IMG/VR virus record: IMGVR_UViG_3300017777_004807 | Span: 1 to 41,734 of that record | Length of the DNA stretch: 41,734 nucleotides | Reading direction: 5' to 3' (one strand) | DNA from: a virus | Lineage: Duplodnaviria; Caudoviricetes | Shown here: positions 1 to 10,600 of the stretch, one piece after another | Layout of the letters: every line of letters starts with the position of its first letter | Numbering within the stretch: the stretch's first letter is position 1 | Position numbers and translations under genes: made by a program | Notes under the pieces: model-generated | Seen by the model: only the letters and a program-made list of their open reading frames with translations | The model's database searches: none | What the model was told of the DNA's origin: nothing

Positions 1-1
1 G

Positions 2-205
2 TTTCTTCCACAAGAACAACAGCAGTTAATATATGAAAAAATGCTGCTTGAATTGGGGTGTCTTAATTCAAGATCGTTGATGTATGTATTAAAACAAAAT
101 TTAAGCTTGAATGAATACACGGCTTTAAATATAGAAACGGCTTCTTACGAAGAAATAGTGAAAGAAGTGGCGAAAAAAATGTCAACTACAATAGAGAACA
201 CATAA
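2..205 (+). CDS. 3' end of a CDS that starts before the window (hypothetical protein)
   Basis: Frame 2 is open from base 2 (FLPQEQQQLIYEKMLLELGC...KKMSTTIENT) to TAA at 203-205, 1 nt before the next ATG at 207. Confidence 0.75.
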   Translation, partial: FLPQEQQQLIYEKMLLELGCLNSRSLMYVLKQNLSLNEYTALNIETASYEEIVKEVAKKMSTTIENT

Positions 206-206
206 A

Positions 207-2072
207 ATGAAAACAATTGATTATTGCTTTGAATTAGAATCGAGTTCTGAGAATGCGCTAGCTATAAAGATAAAAAATGATATAGTCGATAAACTGCTCG
301 TTTGCAGTACGAAATCCGAAGTAAAGGATGTATTGAACGGTATTATAGCTGATAATTATGATTCTTTGGACATTGAAAAGGTTCGTACTGGTCCTTCCGA
401 GTTGGGGCCTGTTTTGGATTCATTTCTTGTATGCTCGCTGGAGGAATCAACAGATAACTTACCATCTACTACACAAATTCAAGTTGGCAATCTATTAAAA
501 AATGCTATTGATTTAATCTGTAAGCCTCCATCGTTTGAAATCCCTTCGCCATTTCCAATTATCGATGTAAGTGGAGCATTTTTAGAACAATTAAAAGTTT
601 CACTTCTTAAATTAGCAGTAAAGATTCTTGTGGCGATATTAAAGAAATTATTAGAACTGATTATGGATGTGTGCAGTAGCGGAATCAGTTTGCGGAACTT
701 TTTCGGCTCACTCGACATTGACAAGGCAATATCATCAATTGATAGTGGATTAGCAACAATTGGAGAGAATATTAATAGCGAGATTGCTTCTTATACTGAA
801 CAAGTATTCGCAACATTTGGAGTAGATTCAAACGGGCTACTGAGCGAAACAGCGGACACAACTTCAAGTTGCAACGAAATCGCCCCAATAGATACAACTA
901 TAATCAAAACTACAACCCAGTTCTTAGATGATATGTCATCGGTCTTAACTCCGCTAGAAATATGTAATTTGTTCGAAGGAATACCAGATGATCAAACTTT
1001 CCAAGTAATCGAAGAGCTAATCAGATTTGAGCATCCGACTATGGGAGTTGCTTTCAACAATAGAACTAAAATAAAAGATTTGTTCTTATTGCTTGGTAAA
1101 AAAGTAGATCCATCAATTTGCAAGGCTGTTAGAGACAATGCCGAAACAATTATAAGCAATCCAAGCCTATGCTTCACAGAAGATGGCAATGAATTGAGAA
1201 GTAACTTGCTAAGAGAAAAAGGCTCATCGGAAGAAGAGATCCAACATTTGCTTGACAAAGAAAGATTTAGACAACAAGCAAACCTGAAAAAAGTATCAGA
1301 AATCTTAGCAAACATTAAAACAGATCCAAATAAACTATTTGGAGAGCAACAAGACATTTTTTGTAAAGGTGGTCAGCCAGGAATAGTATCTTTTGCTCAA
1401 ATGCCATCCTTACAAACAAGTGTTGATAGAACTATTGATTATATTTATAATTTATTTACAACTACTTTCGTTAAAGAAATCGATGCATATGGTTCTTTGC
1501 TTATAACACAAGGTAAAGAGATTGATAAAGAAGATCCAGTAATTCCAAAGTTTATAAATCTTTCAATTCAAGACAAAGATGGTAAAAATATCACTCTAAT
1601 TAATACTATCAACCCAGAATTTTCACAAAAAACATCATTTGGCGCTTTTACTCTTTGTGATGATGAAGGAAAGAGCGATCTTGAATCGTTATCCGATTTT
1701 TATAAAGATGGGGATACCGGAGCCAAAGATGACGCTGGAAACGTTGATATACAAAAAGCCATCTCTGTAACCTCAAAAAAAGATGCTAAAAAATATACTA
1801 TAGATGGAAACATCTATATTGTAAGGTACAAAGGAGGAGAAAAACTTGTAGATGACTTATATAGCGAGCCTTATGGACTATTTAATGAGAGTATCCCGGC
1901 ACCAGATTCGGTAACGTTCTTTTCTGATCTTGTTTCCTATAAGGACACAGGTTCAACAATAGAAATAATTATTCCAACAAAATATGCTTCATTGTGGCAA
2001 GAAGAAACAATAATACCAGACTTCCAAACAATTTCATCGACCGATAAAATAACTATCAATATAGCAGGATAA
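207..2072 (+). CDS. Hypothetical protein, probably virion/baseplate-associated (621 aa)
   Basis: Long acidic ORF with scattered Cys and an amphipathic/hydrophobic helix (LKVSLLKLAVKILVAILKKLLELIMDVC). It lies upstream of the gp25/gp6 genes. Function inferred from position only. Confidence 0.55.
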   Translation: MKTIDYCFELESSSENALAIKIKNDIVDKLLVCSTKSEVKDVLNGIIADNYDSLDIEKVRTGPSELGPVLDSFLVCSLEESTDNLPSTTQIQVGNLLKNAIDLICKPPSFEIPSPFPIIDVSGAFLEQLKVSLLKLAVKILVAILKKLLELIMDVCSSGISLRNFFGSLDIDKAISSIDSGLATIGENINSEIASYTEQVFATFGVDSNGLLSETADTTSSCNEIAPIDTTIIKTTTQFLDDMSSVLTPLEICNLFEGIPDDQTFQVIEELIRFEHPTMGVAFNNRTKIKDLFLLLGKKVDPSICKAVRDNAETIISNPSLCFTEDGNELRSNLLREKGSSEEEIQHLLDKERFRQQANLKKVSEILANIKTDPNKLFGEQQDIFCKGGQPGIVSFAQMPSLQTSVDRTIDYIYNLFTTTFVKEIDAYGSLLITQGKEIDKEDPVIPKFINLSIQDKDGKNITLINTINPEFSQKTSFGAFTLCDDEGKSDLESLSDFYKDGDTGAKDDAGNVDIQKAISVTSKKDAKKYTIDGNIYIVRYKGGEKLVDDLYSEPYGLFNESIPAPDSVTFFSDLVSYKDTGSTIEIIIPTKYASLWQEETIIPDFQTISSTDKITINIAG

Positions 2073-2077
2073 AACGA

Positions 2078-4012
2078 ATGCCTACAATTTCAACTTCAAT
2101 TCCAACCAAAATCCAAATTGGAAGCTTAATAAATATCCTAAATGAGAAATCACTTTTTGACGATATAGAGATTTCCAATACATATGAAATTTCGTCTTCT
2201 TTGCCACAAGAATTCCAAACATCAGAAGAAACACCATCTGCTGTGCTTTATCGGGATTTTATTTTACCGTCATTCAACGATGATTTAGCAAATGAAATAA
2301 TCACCACTGCTGATTATGACTTATTGATAGACGGATTATCTGCATTTCAATATAGAACAATTCATTTGTCTGCTTATACAAAATTAATAGAAATGTTTAT
2401 GCTTTCTGGCAAACAAAGTGCTTTTCTTCGACCAACTGCTTTGACTGGGGCTTTCGCTGGTGCTGGATTTTATACAGGCTTGGACTTATACAAAAATATT
2501 AAATATGAAGAAATTTTAGATATTCAACAGCTAAAAAAGGCAGCTTCTAAATCATTTTTATCGAATCCTTGCTTTTTAATGGATTCCTCTCCTGATCCTG
2601 CGATTAGCCCCTTAAAACTTTCAATGGTGAGGACGAACTTCCAGCTTTTGTGCAGAACAATCATACTTTTTGTTAAATTACAAAATCTATTTATTTCATC
2701 AGTATTTAACAATACAGAATTTTATAAATCTGGCAATTATAAAGATAGCACTTTCACTGATTTTTGTTTTAATGTTTTTGTGCAGAAGGTTGGAAATGTA
2801 ATTCCAGATTATAAAGATAGCATTTATGTGCTTCTTGGTCACGAATTGGAAAAGAAAATTAGTGATGGAGAAGATATCTATGACCCAATTAGTAATGAAA
2901 TAATAAGCTTTGTTACTCCAATGAATGAAGAAAACTTAGATGAAAATGTTACAAAATATATAAAGTCTTTATTTTTGGATGAATTCCTGTTTATGACCGA
3001 TAAGATGAATGCATTTTTTAGCCGAACGGGTACAGACAACCTACTAAGCTTTTCTCTTGCTCCAACAACCAGCTTTGGAACAAAACTCTTATCTGCAAAA
3101 GAATATTTCTTAGAGAACTTGGTTTTAACTGGAGTTGGAGAAGGGGCTGACGGCACTGGCGCAACTGATGCAGAACTTTTTGCAATAAAAGATAATGAAC
3201 TATTTCTTGAATTATTTTACAAGAGAGTTGGACCAGAACCATCTAATGACTATGATGAAGTAATTTTAAATTTAAAGCTCAAAGTAGTGACCATAACTGG
3301 ATCAACCAGAGTAGCAACTATAGCTTCAGTTAGTGATAAAATAAATAACACCAGTACAACACTCTTTGGTCTTCCACTGATTAATTTCATGTTGCAATCT
3401 TTAAGCTCTTTAAAAACTTCCATGTTAGTAAATGATCAATTCCTTCTACTTGCAAATTACGTTTTTCCTTTTAACAAAATTTTAAATATTGTAAGTATAT
3501 TTCATTTTGATATGATAATAAAACTATACGAAAGCATGTATAACGTTCTAGATGGCTCTATAAGAACGCTCGGTAATATACACGATATTATCCTGGGTAA
3601 TGAGGATAAAATCGAGTGTGAGTCTTCTGGCTCTGCTGCTGGTGCTAATATTAAGCTGGGAGTAGATTTGGAAATACTAAAAGCAATTGCTACGGCTCCG
3701 TTGGAAATATTAAAAGGAATGGAAGAAACATTTGATCCTAATATTTTTCTTGCTTCTAAAATTAGAAAAGTAGTTGACTCCTTAACTGGCGTAAAAACTC
3801 CGATTATCCCTTATTCTTTGGGTCTGCTGCCGGCCTTTACAATACCTCATCCAATTGGAGTTGGTCCGCCATTAATTTCTCCGTATGGTTATATATATTG
3901 GGCACTTGATGCAGCAGAAGTTGCAGTATCATATGCAAAAAATGGAATCCAAGTTTCAGTTCCAGAATTTGGGTTTGAACCGATATCAGAAGATCCAAAA
4001 TCAAAATGTTAA
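2078..4012 (+). CDS. Hypothetical protein, probably virion/baseplate-associated (644 aa)
   Basis: Long ORF with AGGA upstream and a Pro/Gly-rich hydrophobic C-terminus (GLLPAFTIPHPIGVGPPLISPYGYIYWAL). It directly precedes the gp25-like gene. Confidence 0.55.
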   Translation: MPTISTSIPTKIQIGSLINILNEKSLFDDIEISNTYEISSSLPQEFQTSEETPSAVLYRDFILPSFNDDLANEIITTADYDLLIDGLSAFQYRTIHLSAYTKLIEMFMLSGKQSAFLRPTALTGAFAGAGFYTGLDLYKNIKYEEILDIQQLKKAASKSFLSNPCFLMDSSPDPAISPLKLSMVRTNFQLLCRTIILFVKLQNLFISSVFNNTEFYKSGNYKDSTFTDFCFNVFVQKVGNVIPDYKDSIYVLLGHELEKKISDGEDIYDPISNEIISFVTPMNEENLDENVTKYIKSLFLDEFLFMTDKMNAFFSRTGTDNLLSFSLAPTTSFGTKLLSAKEYFLENLVLTGVGEGADGTGATDAELFAIKDNELFLELFYKRVGPEPSNDYDEVILNLKLKVVTITGSTRVATIASVSDKINNTSTTLFGLPLINFMLQSLSSLKTSMLVNDQFLLLANYVFPFNKILNIVSIFHFDMIIKLYESMYNVLDGSIRTLGNIHDIILGNEDKIECESSGSAAGANIKLGVDLEILKAIATAPLEILKGMEETFDPNIFLASKIRKVVDSLTGVKTPIIPYSLGLLPAFTIPHPIGVGPPLISPYGYIYWALDAAEVAVSYAKNGIQVSVPEFGFEPISEDPKSKC

Positions 4013-4028
4013 TTTTTGGTTTGTCTAT

Positions 4029-4035
4029 CTAATTA
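4029..4035 (+). promoter_or_regulatory. Putative late-promoter motif CTAATTA
   Basis: 4 nt upstream of the gp25 ATG; the same motif class recurs before other genes. Confidence 0.4.
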
Positions 4036-4039
4036 ATAT

Positions 4040-4429
4040 ATGGCCGGATATTCCGCAGCACTTCCCCTTAGACTCGATCCCGATGAAGGACTTGCATTAC
4101 TTACAACTCTCCAACAAGTAGCAGTCCAAAATATTAAAATGGTTTTGTTTACTGAGCCAGGGGAAAGAACGTGGGATATAAATTTTGGTGTTGGGCTAAA
4201 GAAATATTTATTTGAACAAAATGTTTCTTTTACAAGAGGTCAATTAAGAACGAGAATTTCAAATCAGATAAATACATATTTACCATATATCAATATTATA
4301 AATTTAGAAGTTCTCGCAATTGATGCCGACGATAATATAGTAAAAGACAATAGTAATTTTTTAAAAGTTAATTTACTTTTTAGTATATCTGGTTTGGGTG
4401 AGATATTTTTTTCAACAACGACAGCATAA
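4040..4429 (+). CDS. Baseplate wedge protein, T4 gp25 / P2 gpW-like
   Basis: gp25 signature QNIKMVLFTEPGER...FGVGLKKYLFE...I..YLPYI; typical length of 129 aa. Confidence 0.9.
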   Translation: MAGYSAALPLRLDPDEGLALLTTLQQVAVQNIKMVLFTEPGERTWDINFGVGLKKYLFEQNVSFTRGQLRTRISNQINTYLPYINIINLEVLAIDADDNIVKDNSNFLKVNLLFSISGLGEIFFSTTTA

Positions 4430-4433
4430 AGGA

Positions 4434-4440
4434 ATAATTA
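4434..4440 (+). promoter_or_regulatory. Putative late-promoter motif ATAATTA
   Basis: 4 nt upstream of the gp6-like ATG. Confidence 0.3.
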
Positions 4441-4444
4441 TAGA

Positions 4445-6238
4445 ATGATCAAGAAAGCTCCCATCGTAAAATATACTTCAAGAGACTTCAATACAATAAA
4501 AAATGATCTTGTTGAATACTCTAAAAGATATTATCCAAATACTTTTAGCGATTTCAATAAAGCATCGTTTGGTTCTCTGATGCTGGATTCTGTAAGTTAT
4601 ACCGGCGATGTTCTTTCTTTCTATCTAGATTATCAATTTAATGAAAGCTTTCTGAATACAGCAAGCGAATTTGATAATATATTAAAAATAGCAAATCAAT
4701 TAGGATATAAATATTCTTCTCGCAGCACAGCCTTCGGAGAAATTACGTTATATCTTTCGGTTCCCGTTAATTCAACCTCCACTGGTCCAGACTTAAACTA
4801 CTTGCCAGTTTTAAAAAAAGGAACCACATTCAAATCTACTGGTGGACAACTTTTTACTTTGATGCAAGATGTTGATTTTTCTGAGACAACAAATGAAATT
4901 GTAGTGTCAAACGTCGATGTTGATACTGGTGTTCCTATTCGATTCGCAGTTAAAACCAAAGGTACGGCTCAATCTGGTTTTTACACCCAAAGACAAATTG
5001 ATATTGGAAGTTATGAGAGATTTAGAAAATTGGACTTAAATGACAGCGAAATATTAGAAATCGTATCAGTAACAGATTCAGATGGAAATCAATTCTATGA
5101 AGTAGATCATTTGTCCCAAGACGTAATTTTCAGAGAAGTACCAAACTTTAATTTTCAGTCTGATGGAGTTTCCTCTATATTAAAACCGTTTCCTGTTCCA
5201 AGAAGATTTATTGTCAGCAAAGCGAGAACAACAACTACTTTACAATTTGGATACGGCTCGGAAGACGAGCTTACAACAAATTCTGTTGTAGATCCAGCGC
5301 AAGCGATATTACAAATGCACGCTAAAGATTATTTCTCGGATACAGCTTTCGATCCAACTAATTTAATAAAAACAGATAAGTTTGGTGTTGCTCCTGCAAA
5401 CACTACTTTAACGATCACCTATAGAAAAGCAAACCCTGGAGTTTCCAACGTTGCTGCTGGAACAATTACCAGAGTAACTATTCCAAATTTTACATTTAGC
5501 GACGTTGCAAATACTACATCGGCAGGAAGAAGCCAAGTTGTTTCCTCCATCGAGGTAATAAACGAAAATCCATTTGTTGGAGAGATAAAACTTGATCAAG
5601 CAGAAGAATTGAGAACAAACACAATGGGCTTCTATGCAGCACAAAACAGAGCAGTATCATTACTTGATTATCAATCCTTGATATATGCAATGCCTTCAAA
5701 CTTTGGAAGAGTGAAAAGATGTTTTATTGCACAGGACAATAATTCATTCAAGAGAAACATAAATTTGTATATCATTTCACAAGATAACAATTTGTTACTT
5801 ACCAGCGCAAATACTACATTGAAAGAAAACCTAAGAACTTGGCTGGCACAATACAAAATGATAAATGACACAATTGATATATTGGATGCAATAATCGTAA
5901 ATATATCAATTGATTTCCAAGTTATAGCTAATCCAGATTACGACAAGACAGAAGTTTTGAATGCTTCTTTGGTAACTCTGCAACTACAATACATTAATAA
6001 GCTTGATATAGGAGAATCATTTTCTATAGCAAAAATTTATAATTTGCTAAATAAGCTTTCTGGAGTTTTGGATGTTGTAAGTGTTAAAGTCGATGCTAAA
6101 GTTGGTGGATTTTATTCAAGTTCCTCAATAAATTTAGACAAATTATTAACATTTGATGGTAAGTATATTAGAGCGCCCAAGAATGTTATTTACGAAGTTA
6201 AATTCCCATCAATCGATATAAAAGGAGTCGTTTCTTAA
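4445..6238 (+). CDS. Baseplate wedge subunit, T4 gp6 / baseplate-J-like
   Basis: N-terminal YTSRDFNTIKNDL...DF...S.GSLMLD..SY.GDVLSFYLD...NESFL.TA...A..LGY, and C-terminal AQNRAV...DY, both characteristic of gp6. Follows gp25. Confidence 0.9.
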   Translation: MIKKAPIVKYTSRDFNTIKNDLVEYSKRYYPNTFSDFNKASFGSLMLDSVSYTGDVLSFYLDYQFNESFLNTASEFDNILKIANQLGYKYSSRSTAFGEITLYLSVPVNSTSTGPDLNYLPVLKKGTTFKSTGGQLFTLMQDVDFSETTNEIVVSNVDVDTGVPIRFAVKTKGTAQSGFYTQRQIDIGSYERFRKLDLNDSEILEIVSVTDSDGNQFYEVDHLSQDVIFREVPNFNFQSDGVSSILKPFPVPRRFIVSKARTTTTLQFGYGSEDELTTNSVVDPAQAILQMHAKDYFSDTAFDPTNLIKTDKFGVAPANTTLTITYRKANPGVSNVAAGTITRVTIPNFTFSDVANTTSAGRSQVVSSIEVINENPFVGEIKLDQAEELRTNTMGFYAAQNRAVSLLDYQSLIYAMPSNFGRVKRCFIAQDNNSFKRNINLYIISQDNNLLLTSANTTLKENLRTWLAQYKMINDTIDILDAIIVNISIDFQVIANPDYDKTEVLNASLVTLQLQYINKLDIGESFSIAKIYNLLNKLSGVLDVVSVKVDAKVGGFYSSSSINLDKLLTFDGKYIRAPKNVIYEVKFPSIDIKGVVS

Positions 6239-6239
6239 T

Positions 6240-7676
6240 ATGGCTATAAAACGTTATTTTTCTGATTCCGATACAACTATTTCAAATGCTTTTAAAGCTA
6301 ATCTTGCAAATAGAGGGGTTAGTGGCAACATGGGATTGTCTGATATTCTGGAAGTTTTCAGTATTTATGGACAAGCTAATGCTTCTTCCTCCGAACTATC
6401 AAGAGTATTGGTGCAATTTCCAGTGGCTGATATTATAAGCGATAGAAGCTCGGGACTAATCCCAGCATCTGGTTCGATTAGTTGGTATTTGAAATTGTAC
6501 AATGCAAAACATTCACAGACGTTGCCAAAAGATTTTACTTTGGTCGTCAATCAAATTTCATCTTCATGGAATGAAGGTTATGGACTTGATATGGAAGAAT
6601 ACTCTGATATAGGAACATCAAACTGGATTAATAGAGCCTCATCAAGCGTTGGTACGTCTAGCTGGTCGGCCCAAGGTGGAGATTATTATTCTTCTCCAAC
6701 TGCTACCCAAGACTTTGATACTGGAATCGAAAACTTAATAGTTGATGTTTCTCCGTTAGTGGAGCAGTGGATGAACGGAACTAAGCCAAACTATGGATTT
6801 GGTGTTAGATTATCTTCAAGTCAAGAACAACTAGCAGCGAGTTATTACACTAAGAAGTTTTTCGCAAGAGGGTCAGAATTCTTCTTCCATCGACCAGTTT
6901 TAGAAGCAAGATGGAATTCAGTGCGTCGTGACAATAGAGGCTCTTTCTTCGCTAGTAGTTCTCTTGCTTCTGCGGCAGATAATCTAAATACGATTTATTT
7001 ATATAATGTGGTAAGAGGAAGACTAAAAGACATTCCATCTATTTCAACTGGCAGTATATATGTAAAATTATACACTACTGCTGATAATAGCGTGAACGTA
7101 GTTGCAACTCCAAACAATCCAGTGACTGGAGGTTGGTATTCTACTGGAATATATACAGCTTCTTTCGCACTAAATACAACAGAATCACAAGTGTATGATA
7201 GATGGTCTAACTCTTCATTCTCTACTTGCTTTCACACTGGATCAATAGATGTAATAAGTTTGGAGGCAGAAGATTATAATCCAACAAATAATTATGTTGT
7301 TTCATTGGTAAATTTAAAACCATCATATGACGTTTCCGAACAGGCAAGATTCCGCTTCTTTGTCAGAAGAAAAGATTGGAATCCAACTATTTATACTGTA
7401 GCAACAAGCGATGTTCCGTCTGAAATAATTGAAAGTGCATCTTTCAAAGTTGTTAGAGTCTCTGACAATTTAGATGTTGTTCCATATGGAACTGGTTCTA
7501 ATCAGCATACTGGATTATCGTATGATATATCTGGTAGTTACTTCGATCTTGATATGAAAATCTTGGAAAAAGACTATATGTACCAAATTAAACTTGCGAT
7601 TTATGATGACACAAGTTTAAGTTGGAAGGAACAACACCAAACATTTAAATTCAGAGTAGAATCCGATGAGTCTTAG
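6240..7676 (+). CDS. Virion protein with N-terminal DNRLRE/CBM96-like beta-sandwich domain
   Basis: DTTIS...SRVLVQF...YLKLY...SWNEG.G...W..R...W...GGD...DVS..V..W..G...NYGF...F.A......P.L...W pattern; located in the baseplate operon. Confidence 0.65.
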   Translation: MAIKRYFSDSDTTISNAFKANLANRGVSGNMGLSDILEVFSIYGQANASSSELSRVLVQFPVADIISDRSSGLIPASGSISWYLKLYNAKHSQTLPKDFTLVVNQISSSWNEGYGLDMEEYSDIGTSNWINRASSSVGTSSWSAQGGDYYSSPTATQDFDTGIENLIVDVSPLVEQWMNGTKPNYGFGVRLSSSQEQLAASYYTKKFFARGSEFFFHRPVLEARWNSVRRDNRGSFFASSSLASAADNLNTIYLYNVVRGRLKDIPSISTGSIYVKLYTTADNSVNVVATPNNPVTGGWYSTGIYTASFALNTTESQVYDRWSNSSFSTCFHTGSIDVISLEAEDYNPTNNYVVSLVNLKPSYDVSEQARFRFFVRRKDWNPTIYTVATSDVPSEIIESASFKVVRVSDNLDVVPYGTGSNQHTGLSYDISGSYFDLDMKILEKDYMYQIKLAIYDDTSLSWKEQHQTFKFRVESDES

Positions 7677-10600
7677 GGATTTATTTAGCGTAAAAAAAGT
7701 TCTGCCTCCAATTAGCAATGAACAAATAACAGAAGACATTGAATCTGTAGGATTATTAAACTCTCAAACAATTCAAAAGAACAGAATTGAATTTGCCGTT
7801 GATTATTCTACTGCTTCGAACTTTGCTGTTTATGGATCTGCTCAAAAATATTATACTGATTCGTTCGCAAGAATTTACGAACAATATCCCTATGATGGCT
7901 CCAGAAAAGAAAAGATAGATTGGGAAAATTCGTCTTCTCTAATAGATAACTGGATTTACAACAATGTTTATCCAAGAACTACAGGATATGCCGTATTCTC
8001 TCCTAATGGTTGGTCTGCTCTACTGGGAAGCCAAATAAACGGTTATGGAGAACCGACAACCAAAGAATATATTTCTATAAAAGGTGGTCCTAACACCAAC
8101 TCACAAACAAGTTTAGTAGATAAGTTCAGAGACTCAACCAATCAAAGTCCAAAATCAAACGTATTTGACATAACTACAAACAGAAGCTCCAACTTACAAC
8201 TTGATCTATCTGAAGGTCTATCCGTAGAGTTTTGGCTTAAAAAAGCAGCTTTTAATAACTCAAATACCAAAAAAGAAGTAATATTTGACTTATGGAATAA
8301 TGCCGCATCTTCAAGCTCGGGCTATGGAAGACTTACTTTAGAATTATCTGGAACAACTGGATCGCCATTCTATTTGACTATATTATCCGGAACAACTGGA
8401 TTTTCTTCATACAATATTGGTTCAAACTTAACAACTGCATCGGTTGCTAACGATACTTGGAATCATTATGCGGTAACTACACAGAATTCTGGTAGCTCTA
8501 TCGGAGTCAATTTTTATGTCAATGGAGAATTGAATTTTAGTTCTTTTAATGGAACTAATATTAACGCAGTTTCCGGCTCCTTTCTTTCAAACATAGGCTC
8601 ACTAAGAACTGCATCGTCTGGTTCAGTAGGAACTGCAATAGGATGGGGAAAACTATCTGGATCGGTTGATGATTTTAGATTCTGGAAAACTGCAAGAACC
8701 TCTAAAGATATTGGTCGTTATTGGTGGTCAAACGTTCATGGTGGCGCAAATAGTGATGATGCAAATGTGGATCTCGGATTCTATTATAAGTTCAATGAAG
8801 GAATCACAACTACAAGTTCAGTCGATTCCATCGTATTAGATTACTCTGGAAGAATATCTAACGGAACTTGGGTTGGCTATTCTGCAACATCAAGAAATAC
8901 AGGTTCAGCTATAAATACTTACTTGCCGGTCGCTCTCTCTTCGGAAGAACCAGATCCAATTATTTATTCTACTCATTCTGACGTTGTAGAACAATTAGAA
9001 ATATACTCTATCATAGGATCAGATCACGATGCTACAAATCCAAACTCTATCTTCTATTCTTTTCCAGATTGGATAGTCAATGAAGATAATGGAACTTTAT
9101 TAAATATAACCCAAATAATGGGTAGCTATCTAGACGTTCTTTATCTGCAAATAAAGAATTTTACTTCTATTAAAGAACCATACTCAAACGTCCAAATTGA
9201 TGAAAAACCATTTCCTTTCGCTAAAAACCTATTAGACTCACTAGGACTTGTAACCCCAAACTTGTTTGTTGATGCTAAGTTCATGGAAGAAGTTTTATCC
9301 AGAGATGAAGACAGAACTTACGAAGATAAACTTAATGAGATCAAAGGGGTAATATACGAAAATATATACAGCAACCTTCAAGCAATTTACAAAACAAAAG
9401 GCACTGAAAAATCAGTAAGAAATTTATTGAGATGTTTCGGAATTGATGAAAAACTTGTAAGACTAAACATTTACTCTAATAATGATTTTTCAAAAGTATC
9501 TGACAACTTATCAAACACAACGATTAAAAAACGTTCAATAAATCTCAACGACACAGATAGATTTCAAGCTACGATTTATCAGTTTTCAACTTCATCTTAT
9601 GCTGAATCTAATTCATATATTTCAGGCTCCTCTGATTACGATTATGTTCCTTATACTTTTGAAGTAGATACAATCTTCCCAAAGAAGATAAAGAAAACTG
9701 AAAATAACTTCTTTCCAACTATATTTTTAACTTCTTCGATATTTGGTGCTCATTCCGCAAAGCCAACCGCAACAGATTTATCCTGGGAGACAAGTGATTA
9801 TTTTAACTTCCAAGTGTTTGCTGCAAGACCAGAATATGAATCAACAGATGCTACTTTCTTTCTTTCTTCATCTAACTCGGCAATACCAACTCTTTCATCT
9901 TCTTTTTACCTTAATGTTTATGATAATGAAAAATGGAATTTTGCAGTTAGACTTAAACCAACTGCCATTGAGAATACCAATATAGTTTCTGGAACTGCTT
10001 CTGGAAGCTATACATTGGAATTTTATGGCGCAAGTACCGTTGGAAACTCTGTTGTAAGAGAATTTAGTTCAAGCGCCATCATATCCTATGCAAATGGCAT
10101 CAATCTAACAAGAGCAAACAAAAGATTTTATCTTGGGGCAGAAAGGACAAACTTCACCGGCTCGCTGATCAAAGAGAGTGACGTTAAGTTTCTTGACTTT
10201 AAAGTTTGGTCCTCTTATCTTGATAATGCTGAAATCCAATCGCACGCAAGAGATACAGACAATTTCGGAACAACCGAAGCACTAAAATCTTATTATCTTA
10301 CGAACAGCAAACTAAACACTTCTTTAATACCAAAGCTTGAAACTCTATTGGTACATTGGAATTTTAATCAAGTTACTGGATCTGACAATGGTTCTGGAAT
10401 TCCAAATTCATCTGATGGCAAGTTCATTGTTTTCAGTCAAACATCTGGTTCATTATCTTACAATCGTTATAATGCAGCTTTCAACACACTAAAAAAATAT
10501 CATTATATTGGACGAGGAGATTATTTCCTTCAAAATGACAACTCAATCATTGATACACAATATGTGTTTTCTTCAAGGTTGAATGAATTTGAACACATTC

